Shown: one piece after another, positions 13,698 to 25,495 of the stretch
How positions within the stretch are numbered: position 1 is the stretch's first letter
Layout of the letters: each line of letters opens with the position of its first letter
NCBI RefSeq assembly: GCF_963921235.1
Contig: NC_086109.1
Coordinates: 18,106,001 to 18,170,000, forward strand
From: Mobula hypostoma
Taxonomy: Eukaryota
Direction of reading: 5' to 3'
DNA: 64,000 bases
Position numbers and translations under genes: made by a program
Notes under the pieces: model-generated
Database searches by the model: none
What the model was told of the DNA's origin: nothing
What the model saw: only the letters and a program-made list of their open reading frames with translations

Positions 13698-14242
13698 CAC
13701 TCAGTTGTCACTTGATTAGGTACCTCCTATACATAATAAAGTGGCCGTTGAGGGTATGCTCATGGTCGTCTACTGCTGTAGCCCATCCATTTCAAGGTAC
13801 AACATCTTGTGCATTCTGAGTTGCTCTTCTGCACACCACTGTTGTAACGTGGTTAATTGGGCTACTGTCACCTTCTAGTCAGCCTGAACCAGGATGGCCA
13901 TTCTCCTCTGACCTCTCTTACTAATAAACTGTTTTTTGCCCACAGAAGTGCCACTCACTGGACAATTCTCTATAAGCTCCAGAGTTTTCATGTTGTGCAT
14001 GAAAATCTCAGGAGATCGGCGGCTTCTGAGATATTCAAACAATCCCGTCTGGCACCAACGATCATTCCATGGTCAAAGTCACTGCGGTCACATTTCTCCC
14101 CAATCTGATGTTTAGTCTGAACAACAGCTGAACCTCTTGACCACGTCTGCATACTTTAATGCATTGAGCTGCTGCCACATGATTGCCTGATTAGATATTT
14201 GCATTAACAAGCAGGTGTACCTAATAAAGTGGCCACTGAGTG
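13698..14242 (-). mobile_element. Second copy of the Tc1-like non-autonomous element
   Basis: Same TIRs and body as 7120-7668. Confidence 0.85.
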
Positions 14243-14579
14243 AAGGTCCCTGGCACTGAATGGGTTATACCGTGGGCTTTATGTGGTACAAGTGTTAATC
14301 TCCAGGATCAAAGGGAGGTGGGCAGAGAAAATAGTCTTTGAATTCTGAAAGCACTTGGCAGCGTCTCTGTACAGTCTCACATCCGGTTCCTTTGATATTT
14401 ATATATTCTCATTAATCTGCTTGATAAAAATAAGCCCATTAATAAACAGCAGAAAAGAACAATTAAAATAAATCAGTCATGCATCCCTTGTGGTGAGGTA
14501 CTGACAATCATCATCGTTCATCTGCTAACTGTGGTGAAGCTTACAGCATGCTAATTTCCATTAGATTTCAGTCTCCGAT

Positions 14580-15155
14580 AGGACTAGAATATAAAAGCAA
14601 GAAAGTAATGCTGAGGCTTTACAAGACTGCACTTGGAGCATTGTGAGCAGTTTTGATCCCCTTATCGAAGAAAAGACGTGCTGGCATTAGAGAGGGCCCA
14701 GAGGAGGGTCATGGGAATGAAAGGGTTAATGTATGAGGTAGCTCTGGGCCTGTACTTGCTGGAATTTAGAAGAATGAGGGGGGATTTCATTTTAACCTAT
14801 CGAATATCGAAAGGCTTAGATAGGGGAAACATGGAGAGATGATTCCTATAGTGGGTGGGTCTCGGACCAAAGGGCACAGGCTCAGAATAGAAGGACATTC
14901 CTTCAGGTAAAGAAGAATTTCTTTAGCCGTAGGGTGATGAGTCTGTGGAATTCATTGCCACTGATGGCTGTGCAGGTCAGGTTGTTGGGTATATTTAAAC
15001 TGGAGGATGATAGGTTCTTTCTTAGCAAGGGTGTCAAAGGTTATGCGAAGAAGGCAGCAGAATGGGGCTGAGAGGGCAAATCAGCCATGATGGAATGGCA
15101 GAACAGACCTGATGGGCCAAATGGCCTAATCCTGCTCCTATGCGTAACGGTCTTA
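14580..15155 (+). mobile_element. CR1 LINE 3' fragment
   Basis: Decayed ORF2 C-terminus and the typical 3' UTR ending GGGCCAAATGGCCTAATCCTGCTCCTA. Confidence 0.8.
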
Positions 15156-15579
15156 AGGTCTCTGAAGTTTTCCCACAGGTTGATGTAGCTGCGAGCAACA
15201 GCTGCTTTCCCAGAGCTCTGTGCCTTTTGCATGCCTGTTCCTTGCAGAGCAACTTCAGTGTTTATGGTTTCTCCCTCTGTTTATATCCCCTCCCCTCTCT
15301 GAAAGGTTTCGCTACATCGGGGAAAAAAAATACCTTCTCTGCTCCATGGTCCTGTGACAACGAAAGCTAATCTCTTTAATCTCTTCACTATGATGACAGT
15401 TTAGCCACGTACTCATAGCCTGCACACAATAAAAAGCAAATGTACTTAGTGTCTCAGAGTCAGAGTTTTACTGCACAAAAACAGAACATTCAGCCAAATA
15501 CATCCACAAGGACCAAATGCTGAGCAATTTGCCCATTTTATACCATAAGTTCAATGCCAAGGAGCAGAATTAAGCCATT

Positions 15580-16187
15580 TCAGAATCTAGAATCAGAATC
15601 AGGTTTATTATCACTGGTATGTGACATGAAATTTGTTACTTAGCAATACATAATCTAGCAGAGAAAAAAGAAATAAAATAACAATAATAATAATAAACAA
15701 GGAAATCAATTATGTGTATTGAATAGATTTTAAAAAATGTGCAAAAACAGAAATACTGTACATTAAAAAAAGTGAGGTAATGTCCAAAGATTCAAAGTCC
15801 ATTTAGGAATCGGATAGCAGAGAGGAAGACGCTGTTCCTGAATCACTGAGTGTGTGCCTTCAGGCTTCTGTACCTCCTGCCTGATGGTGGCAGTCCTTAA
15901 TAATGGACGCTGCCTTTCTGAGACACCGCTCCCTAAAGATGTCCTGGGTACTTTGTAGGCTAGTGCCCAAGATGGAGCTGACTAAATTTACAACCCTCTG
16001 CAGCTTCTTTCGGTCCTGTGCAGTAGACCCCCCCCCCCCGCCTCCATACCAGACAGTGATGCAGCCTGTCAGAATGCTTGCCACGGTATAACTATAGAAG
16101 TTTTTGAGTGTATTTGTTGACATGCCAAATCTCTTCAAACCCCTAATAAAATACAATTGCTGCCTTGCCTTCTTTATAACTACATCG
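15580..16187 (-). mobile_element. Rex1/Babar-type LINE 3' fragment inserted into a CR1 tail
   Basis: ORF KKARQQLYFIRGLKRFGMS..SILTGCITVWYG and a (TTCTGA)n tail. The flanks on both sides continue one minus-strand CR1 3' UTR. Confidence 0.8.
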
Positions 16188-16409
16188 AGTCTGCTCTGCC
16201 ATTCCATTATGGCTGATTTATTATCCCTCTCAATCCCATTTTCCTGTTTTTTCCCTGTAACCTTTGACACCCTAACTGATCAAGAACCTATCAACTTCTG
16301 ATTTAGATATACCCAATGATTTGGTCTCCACAGCTGTCTGTGGCAATGAATTCCACAACGAATGTTTGGCTGTGTATAAGTTTCAGGTGCCCTAGAGATT
16401 TTTTAATAT

Positions 16410-16771
16410 GGTTTCAGATGGTATGGCCTCCACCGGACCCTAATCTCAACATTGTTGATGCTGTTTGGGGTTACCTGTAGAGTCAGGAGCAAGCAGGACA
16501 GCCGAAGTCTGAAGAACTGTGACAAGTTCTCCAAGATGCTTGGAACGACCTACCAAATGATTTTTTTTTTCATAAAACTTCACAACATGTACCTAAGAAA
16601 CTTGATGCAGTTTTAAAACAATTATTGAATTGATTTAGTTTTCTTTTAACTGTTTACTACTCTTTATAGTAATTTTTTTGAAATTTTGAAACTTCTCAAT
16701 ACATTATTTTTGAAAGCATCTTCTCTTTACAGAAATTGTTTACATGCATCGAAGATTGTTGCACAGTACTG
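16410..16771 (+). mobile_element. Tc1-like transposon 3' remnant
   Basis: Decayed WPP..P.LNIV..VW motif (WPSQSPDLNPIE-like) at about 16420-16470; TIR-like end TTGCACAGTACTG followed by TA. Confidence 0.6.
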
Positions 16772-17668
16772 TATATCTGTCTAAAATTTTCCCATCCATG
16801 TACCTGTCCAAATGTCGTATAACTGTTGTTAATGTACCTGCTTGAACCACATCCTCTGGCAACTTTTTCCATATACAGACCATCCTCAGTGAAAACTTTG
16901 CCCCTTAGGGTTCCTATTAAACCTCTCCCCTCTCACCTTAAACCTATCCCTCTACTTCTTGACTTCATCTTATTTTTTTATAATTTGTACCACCTAATAT
17001 TTAATTTATATCTCTTGTTGCCATTCCTTGCGTTTTTATGTACTGCACTGTACTACTGCCACAAAACAGCATATTTCACAACATACGTCAATGATGTTAA
17101 ACTCTGATTCTGATTCCTGCCAGAGAGCAGGTCCATATTCCAGATACTGCTCAGAATATCTCCCCCTTCCATGTCCGCATTTGTTATTTCCCTGTGGCCA
17201 TGACTACCTGATGAGGATGCAGCCATCCAGGAAATTTGCCCTTAAAGCAACAATGAAAATGCCATCTGAAGCTGATGGAGCCCATGATTCTAATAGCAAG
17301 CGAAGTGACCTTTCAACTGATCAAGAGTGGTTACAGTCAGAAAAGTGTTCATCTGACTCTAACACCATCCCACCGCTGATGTTACATCAAACTGACGGTT
17401 AACAAGTTGGCCCAGGTTTTGAGAAGAAGTTATTCAAATTGTTAGGTATTTTAATGGGTTTTGTTTGGTTGTTTGTGAGGCAAGCTTCCATGACATTGCA
17501 CAAAGGAGCCTTCAGCTGAAGTGAGGCTTGTCTGTGGTTGTGCTGCAGCAAGTGCCAATGTCATCTATTCACTGGAAGCTGCTCCCCCCTGCTAGTTAAG
17601 GACTGGCCTGTTCATGGAGCATTGCAGTTCTTCCACTGCCTGCTGTTTGGCTTCAGGGCACCGACTGA

Positions 17669-17825
17669 TGATGTCACGGCGCTGACAGAGTATAAATCTA
17701 GTGCATGGAAAGCACCTGGTCTCTCGCTCCGGAGGCTCGCCATAGACTGGGTTGCGACCGGTACTGTGGGAACAGTGGAAGTGTCCTGCAGTGAGAGAGG
17801 ACTCAAGTGAGCACTTTAGGTAAGT
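17669..17825 (+). promoter_or_regulatory. Candidate internal promoter and alternative non-coding first exon of CDK18
   Basis: CRE/ATF-like TGATGTCA (17669-17676), TATAAAT (17691-17697), pyrimidine-rich initiator-like sequence about 30 nt downstream, locally CpG-rich unique sequence, and a consensus donor AG|GTAAGT at 17819/17820. Confidence 0.45.
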
Positions 17826-17997
17826 ATTTGTAACTGGGTGTAAACTGAAGAGTTTACTGAATGTTTAGAGTCTGCCTTGTTCTGCAAATACCAGTAGTCT
17901 GTGTCTTCTGTTCTCATACACTGAACCTGTGAACCTAATTTCACACAACAGCGAGATAATTCGATGAGGGCGCATGGAAACAAATCACCCAGTTCAA

Positions 17998-18270
17998 GGG
18001 CAGCAGAGTGACACAATGGTTAGCATAATGCTATCACAGCTCCAGTGATCTGGGTTCAATTGCCGCAGCTGTCTGTAAGGAGTTTGTACGTTCTCCCTGC
18101 AGACTGCGTGAGTTTCCTCTGTGTGCTGCGGTTTCCTCCTGCATCTCAAAGACGTGACATTTACTAGGTTAATTGGTCACATGGGTGTAATTGGGTGGCG
18201 TGGGCTCGTTGGGAGAGAAGTGCCTGTTACGGCATTGTTTCTCTAATAAAAATATTAAAAATAAAAATAA
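17998..18270 (+). mobile_element. tRNA-derived V-SINE (HE1-like); related copies near 5240-5545(-), 9570-9690, 18445-18900(-), 34035-34310, 38020-38265 and 44360-44620
   Basis: A/B-box-like head (TGGTTAGC...GGGTTCAATT), V-domain core GAGTTTGTACGTTCTCCC...GTTTCCTC...GGTTTCCTCC, and an A/T-rich tail. Confidence 0.8.
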
Positions 18271-19722
18271 AATAGTCAGTTATTCCACTCTCATTTTGGT
18301 ATTTCCAGTATATATCTCTCCAGTTTCTCCAATATGTTATGGAGAGAGTGTTACAATATCAGAAGTACTGTCTTTGAGACTGCTCTCCTCTTTCACAAGG
18401 GTGTAACATTGAATCCTTTCCTATTCCAAAGCAAAGGATATAAAGATTAGCTGGATTTGTCACATCTACATTGATGCCTGCAGTGAAGTGCGTCGTTTGC
18501 GTCAAATCAATTCAGCGAGGATTGTGCCGCCCAGTACGCGTGTGTCGCCACATTTCTGGCACCAACGTAGCATGTCAGCGAATCACCAACCCTAACCGTA
18601 CATCTTTGGAATGTTCAAGTTCGAGTTCGGTTTATTGTCATTCAACTATACATGTGTATAGTGTTCCTCCAGACCAAGATGCTCAACACAGTGCATATAA
18701 CTCACAGACACAACACATAAACTAATATCACCACAATGTGGTAATGTGGCAATGTGGAAAGAAACTGTAGAACCCAGAGGAAACACACACTGTTATGGGG
18801 GGAGCATACAAATTCCTTATAGACAGTGGCAGGAATCATACCCTGATCTTACAGCTGGCATTGTAAAATGATTGCGCTCTTTGCTACGCTACAGTGCCAC
18901 CCTTATTCCCATTTATAAATTATTCCCGGCACCGTTCCCCCTAAACTGCTCTGGTACATGGCCGCGCAGAAACTGAAATGCTCCCGTGCACATAGCCTTC
19001 ATTGCCACGCAGCCGTAATTTTCTTTCATAGAATGTGCTGCACGGTTTTCAGGCCATGTAAAGATTTCCTGCTCAGAGCAATGGTTGGGCTGCACAGTCG
19101 GAAAATAAACAATCAGAGGGAACGTTAATTTCCAGGAACCTTTCTGGTGTTCATCACTTAATCAGCAAAGCTCCTCAAGTCATAATCAAATGTGGGACCG
19201 TTGTTCTACATTGAAACAATGGCTACAACACAGAAGTATCTCACAGATTGCTCTGCGAAGTATTGAGCTCATCAAAAACACTATACTAATGCAAGCCTTT
19301 TCTTAGGTCCACATTTATAAAGGAAAGCATTTGACAAACTTGTCATTCAAAACTTTTCCGTAACGTTGGCACTAAAATATTATCATTGGTTAATTTCTTT
19401 TGCAGCAGAAATTGTAAATGCTGTTCAAAGTTATTTAACAACTATATATCTCTTAAAGAGAGGGAGTATATATCTCTAATTTTAATTTGTATAGCGGACA
19501 GTGTTGTTATGTGTCCATGGTTTAATTAGCTTTGCCATATTTTACTGACCTTCTATCTGTCCCCCTCTATCACCACCCTGCTGCTGTAGCAATGGAGGCT
19601 TTGTAATACAGAGTGTATACTATCTATTTTTAACGTACCATGTGGCATTTTTTGCATTGTTTCATAGTAGGCATAAGTTTAATATGAGGAAAAACTTAAA
19701 GGGGCAGATTTTTCACATCGAG

Positions 19723-19780
19723 CAGGGGGTTCTCAATTTTTTTTATGTCATGGACATGGATCCCAGGTTGGGAACCCCTA
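19723..19780. mobile_element. 58-bp hAT-type MITE
   Basis: TIRs CAGGGGGTTCTCAA / TTGGGAACCCCTA; 8-bp imperfect TSD ACATCGAG / ACACAGAG; sits inside a CR1 tail. Confidence 0.7.
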
Positions 19781-21469
19781 ACACAGAGGTCGATGAGTAT
19801 ATGGAAAGCCTGTAGATAGAGGTGAGGACAATGTCAATGTTTAAATATACCGAGAAGAACATGACAGAAAGGCTATTCATTGCTTCCGAATTCTGTGGAC
19901 AATAAGAAAGAATGCCAGCATAAGTTCTACAAACAGTCATCCATTCTTCCAACACCAGAGTGAGATTCTGAGGCAAAACCCACATGCTCAGCTCACCAAT
20001 AGGTCTGAAAACAGACTCTTTGATGGTCTAGATAATTCTTAATAGCCTCTGTTTCTCATTTTAATATTTTAATAAGCAAAGAACAGATATTCAATAAAAA
20101 AGCAAAAATACAGTATAACATTATACAGTATTTCTTTTAATGCCCTTATTTTTCCTCAATTTGATTTTATTTGCTGGTTTATTTTATATAATAATAATAA
20201 AAAATTATTTCTTACATCCAAGGGAGTGAAAATCTTTATGTTGCGTTTGCATCGCAATAAGGGAGGGAAGTGTAGGAGGATATTACTGAAACTCTAAGAC
20301 TGTATACATAATTGTTTTGTATACACGTATGTACAGACAGATCCATGTACAGTCAGATATGCAATCAGATCAACATGTATTGGTAAATCTGATGGTCCCC
20401 CTTTGTTAGTCCCCAATTACTGTTTTCTCCAAGATAAGTTTGGAGAGACAACTAGACCTTTGTAATTGAAACTGAAAGGGCCTGAGCTGTTCTTTTTGGA
20501 CGTCTATAGTCCTTGGAATGAATTTCTAAATTTGAGAAGATATTACATGAAGCAAGCTGAAGAATCTCCATGTTGCTGATAAAATTGTGGTTTATTCTGT
20601 GAAGAAGGGATCATAACAGAACTCTTTAAGAAGGCTGATTAAGTGGAATTATTAATGCAATCTTTTAATTTATGTTTGTGAAAGAGGATAATATTAACTG
20701 CACCAGACTTTCTGCATTCGAAGTAAATCCACACATCTGAGCCCTATTTACTATAGTTTATAGATGTCTGAAAATTAACTCCTGTAATAGAAATGCACAA
20801 TACAGAAGCAGACTATTCGGCTGACACGCCTGCGTCATTTCTTTGAAGGAACTTTCAATTAGAGCCCTTGTTCTTCCGAAAAGCCTTGCAGATTTAGTGT
20901 CAGTCTCAGGCAATGAAACACAATGGACCACCCCTCGTCTCTGACTGTGTTTATTTTTACACTAATGTCTTGTTTTGCACAGCCTTTTATTTTCTTTCAC
21001 TGTTTTGTATAATTAAGGTATAATTATGTTTTGTGTTTTGTTCTTTGTACCTACAAACCTGTGATACGGCTGCAAGCAAGATTTTCATCGTATCTGTATC
21101 TCACTGTAATTGTGCACATGACAATAAATTTAAAAAGACTTGGGTTTGCTGAGTCCTGGTGGACAGTTATGATATTCAATTGTTTAACTTTCAAGAAGAG
21201 AAATGATCATTATTGAATTAAATTGTGGTCTGTGCATACCGGGTAATAACATCTGCTGTGCAACCACAAAATAGCATCTTATTTTTGCTAATTATGTTTA
21301 AAAATGATCCAGGATTAGAGTTTCTCTTGTTCTCCGTGTAAACATAAGCAAGTAAACCATGTAAACAGAAACAATCCTATCAAAAAGATTCAAAGTTCAA
21401 AGTACATTTATTATCAAAGAATGCATAAATTATACAAACTTGAGATTTGTCTGCTTACAAGCAGTCGCA

Positions 21470-21964
21470 AATCAGAATCATGTTTAATATCATTGACGTA
21501 TGTCATGAAATTTGTTGATCTGCAGTTGCAGTACATTGCAATACATAATAACAAAAACTGTGAATTAAAGTAAGTACAGCGATATATATATATAGGGATT
21601 GGACACATTATAGGCAGGAAACATCTTTGCGATGTTGGGGGAGTCCAGAACCAGAGGCCACAATTTCAGAATAAGGGGTAGGCCATTTAGAACGGAGTTG
21701 AGGAAAAACTTTTTCACCCAGAGAGTTGTGGATCTGTGGAATGCTCTGCCTCAGAAGGCAGTGGAGGCCAATTCTCTGGATGCTTTCAAGAAAGAGTTAG
21801 ATAGAGCTCTTTGTGATAGCGGAGTCAAGGGATATGGGGAGAAAGCAGGAATGGGGTACTGATTGTGGATGATCAGCCATGATCACAGTGAATGGCGGTG
21901 CTGGCTCGAAGGGCCGAATGGCCTACTCCTGCACCTATTGTCTGTTGTCTATTATCTATTATAC

Positions 21965-22024
<60 letters not shown>

Positions 22025-23790
22025 AATTAGTTGTGCAAAAAAGTAGTGAGGACATATTCATGGGTTGAATGTCCATTCAGATATCTGATAGCAGAGGGGG
22101 AAAACTATTCATGAATCATTGAGTGTGTGGCTTCAGGTTCCTTTTCCTCTGCACTGGTGGTAGCAATGAGGAGCGTGCATGTTTTAGATGATGGGGGTCC
22201 TTAATGATGGATGCTGCCTTGTTGAGCCATCCCTCACTGAAGATGTCCTAGATGCTGAGGAGGCTAATGCCCATGATGGAGCTGACTAAGTTTACAACTT
22301 TCTACAGCTTATATCAATCTTGTGCAGTGACCACCCCACACCAGACAGTGATGCAGCCAATTAGAATGCTCTCCATTGTACCTCCGTAGAAATTTGAGAG
22401 GACTTTGTTGACCTAATGAAATATAACTGCTGTCATGCCTTCTTTGTAGCTGCATCAAGATATGTTGGGCACAACATCTTCAGAGATGTTGACAGCCAGG
22501 GACTTGAAATTGCTCACCCTTTCCACTTCTGATCCCTCTATGAGGACTGATGTGTGTTCCCTCATCTTACCCTTTCTGAAGTCCACAATCAGTTCTTTGG
22601 TCTTACTGACGTTGAGTGCAGGGTTGTAGCTGTGACACCACTCAGCTAGTTGTACTCTCACTTCTGTACGCTTGCTCATCACCATTTGAAATTCGGCCAA
22701 CAATAGATGTGTCACCAGCAAATTTATAGATGCAATTTGAGCTGTGCCTAGCCACATAGTCATGGGCATAGATCGAGTAGAGCAGTGGGCTAGGCACACA
22801 TCCTTGAGGTATGCCAATGTTGATTATCAATGTTGATAAACTGGACTGGTCAAAGAACACTGAGGCTGTCTACAGGAAGGGTCAGAGCCGTCTCTATTTC
22901 CTGAGGAGACCGAGGTCCTTTAACATCTGCCAGACGATGCTGAGGATGTTCTATGAGTCTGTGGTGGCCAGTGCGATCATGTTTGCTGTTGTGTGCTGGG
23001 GCAGCAGGCTGAGGGTAGCAGACACCAACAGAATCAACAAACTCTTTCGTAAGGCCAGTGATGTTGTGGGGATGGAACTGGACTCTCTGATGGTGGTGTC
23101 TGAAAAGAGGATGCTGTCCAAGTTGCATGCCATCTTGGACAATGTCTCCCATCCACTACATAATGTACTGGTTGGGCACAGGAGTACATTCAGCCAGAGA
23201 CTCATTCCACCGAGATGCAACACAGAGTGTCATAGGAAGTCATTCCTGCCTGTGGCCATCAAGCTTTACAACTCCTCCCTTGGAGGGTCAGACACCCTGA
23301 GCCAATAGGCTGGTCCTGGACTTAACTCCTGGCATAATTTACATATTACTATTTAACTATTTATCGTTTTATTACTACTTAATTATTTATGGTGCAACTG
23401 TAACGAAAACCAATTTCCCCCGGGATCAATAAAGTGTGACTATGACTATGACTATTATCAGTGAACTGGAGGTGTTACTTCTGATCTCCACAGATTATGG
23501 TCTTCCGGTGAGGAAGTTGAGGATCCAGTTGCAGAGGGAGGTACAGAGACCAAAGTTTTGGAGCTTTTTGATCAGACCTGTAGGAATGAATGTATTGAAC
23601 TCTGAGCTGTAGTCATTAAATAGCAGTCTGACATGAGTATTAGAATTGTCCAGGTGATTCAAAGCCACATGAAGAGCCAATGAGATCACATCCACTCTAG
23701 ACGTATTGCGACGATAGGCAAATTGCAGCGGGTCCAGGTCCTTGCTGAGATAGGCGTTGATTCATAACCAACCTCTCCAAGGACTTCCTT
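21470..23790 (-). mobile_element. Rex1-type LINE, decayed, hosting nested CR1 (about 21595-21960) and young Rex (22830-23453) insertions
   Basis: RT fragments [33 protein letters not shown] and LNVSKTKELIVDFRK; tail near 21470. Confidence 0.82.
22830..23453 (+). mobile_element. Young 5'-truncated Rex-Babar LINE with (TATGAC)n tail and TSD
   Basis: Open C-terminal ORF (KGQSRLYFLRR...SFLPVAIKLYN), AATAAA plus a GACTAT repeat tail, ATTATCA duplicated at 22823-22829 and 23454-23460. Confidence 0.88.
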
Positions 23791-23889
23791 ACCAGATCTA
23801 GAGTTTCACAGATAGATCTCAGTCCATGCACAGGGCACACCAGATGATAAAATACTGCAAATTCATATCCATGTGGAATATTCATATCT

Positions 23890-24301
23890 ATGTGGATCAA
23901 CACTGGTGCACCCCAGGTGTGTGTGCTTAGTCCACTGCTCGACTCTCTACATACACATGACTGTGTGGCTAGGCATAGCTCAAATGCCATCTATAAATTT
24001 GCTGATGATACAGCCATTGTTGGTAGAATCTCAGGTGGTGACGCTAGAGCGTACAGGAGTGAGATTTGCCAACTAGTGGAGTGGTGCCACAGCAACAACC
24101 TGGCACTCAACGTCAGTAAGACAAAAGAGCTGATTGTGGACTTCAGGAAGGGTAATATGAAGGAACACATACCAATCCTCATAGAGGGATCAGAAGTGGA
24201 GAGCATGAGCAGTTTCAAGTTCCTGGGTGTCAAGATCTCTGAGGATCTAACCTGGACCCAATATATCGATGTAGTTATAAAGAAGGCAAGACAGCGGCTA
24301 T
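23890..24301 (+). mobile_element. Rex1-type RT fragment
   Basis: INTGAPQVCVLSPLL...YKFADDTAIVG...FKFLGVKISEDLTW. Confidence 0.85.
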
Positions 24302-24914
24302 TTATCTGTCAAGTAGGATGCCGTGCACAATTCTGATTTGATGAAGGCAGACGTGAGAGCAAGGAGGAACATCTGGTGAAACTTCTGAAATGCCTGTTTC
24401 ACTGCCACTGCTACTGTGTGGTCTGAAATCTCCAGAGGGGAAGGCCCCGCGTCCTCGGCTTTGCCTGTTGCTCGGCGGCCGGGGCAGGGTCAAAGCGCTC
24501 GGCAGAGATGGTGCTCGGTGCTCGATGTCAGAGGGCTGGTTGGAGGCTCAAAGTTTTCGGACGGACTGAGTCAGACTGTGGTCGGGTGCTTCCAGGATGC
24601 TGCATCGGCAAGTTTGCAGCGCTGGAAGCTCATGGCAGGGAGAGTTTCTCCCTTCTACCATCTGCGTGAGATGTTGGGGCTATCGGGACTTTAAGACTTT
24701 TTTTTACCGTGCCCATGGTCTGCTCTTATCAAATTATGGTATTGCTTCGCACTGTTGTAACTATATGTTATAATTATGTGGTTTTTGTCAGTTTTAGTCT
24801 TGGTCTGTCATGTGTTTCTGTGATATCATACTGGAGGAACATTGTATCATTTTTTAATGCATGCATTTCTAAATGACAATAAATGAGGACTGAGTGTCCT
24901 CATAATCTAATCTA
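24302..24914 (+). mobile_element. Non-autonomous LINE-derived element (same family as 1-363)
   Basis: Homologous to 1-310(-); no coding potential; ends ATGACAATAAA...(CTAAT)n. Confidence 0.7.
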
Positions 24915-25119
24915 CTCTAATCCACCTACAAAAGAAAATAAACTATGTGATATTGTAGCATAGTTCAAAGTTTGAAGTAAATTAATTATCAAATTACATA
25001 TATGCCACAAAATAGAACCCTAAGATTTGTTACCTTGCAGGCATACTCAGTAAATCCAAGAACCTTAATAGAATCAATGAAAGACCGCACCCAACAGGGC
25101 AGACAAATAACCAATGAGA

Positions 25120-25460
25120 GCAAACTTTTGAAAGATTTTCTGTTCAAGGGAATTGATGTTTCCATACCAGGCCATGATGCAACCAGTCAACATACTCCCA
25201 ACCACACATCCTTTGAAGTCTGTCAAAGTTTTCGGTGTCATGCCAAATCTTCGCAGACTTCCAAGGAAGTACAGGCACTGTTGTGCTTTCTTTGTAAATG
25301 CACTTACGTGCTGGGCCCAGGACAGGTCCTCTGAAATGATAACACTGAGAAATTTAAAGTTGCTGACCCTCTCCACCTCTGATTCCCCAATGAGGACTGG
25401 CTCATGGACGTCTGGTTTCCTCCTCATGAAATCAATAATCAGCTCCTTGATCTTGCTGAC

Positions 25461-25495
<35 letters not shown>

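Noticed and set aside
17998..18075. tRNA-like sequence
   Set aside because: It is the head of a multicopy V-SINE with core and tail attached, not a tRNA gene.
16187..24301. Possible 8-kb inversion breaking one Rex1 copy: the + fragment ends, and the - fragment begins, at the same CGATGTAGTTATAAAGAAGGCAAG sequence
   Set aside because: The CR1 tail hosting the 15580-16187 fragment continues in register on both sides, so there is no breakpoint at 16187. The shared position is better explained by independent truncation with CATCGA microhomology.
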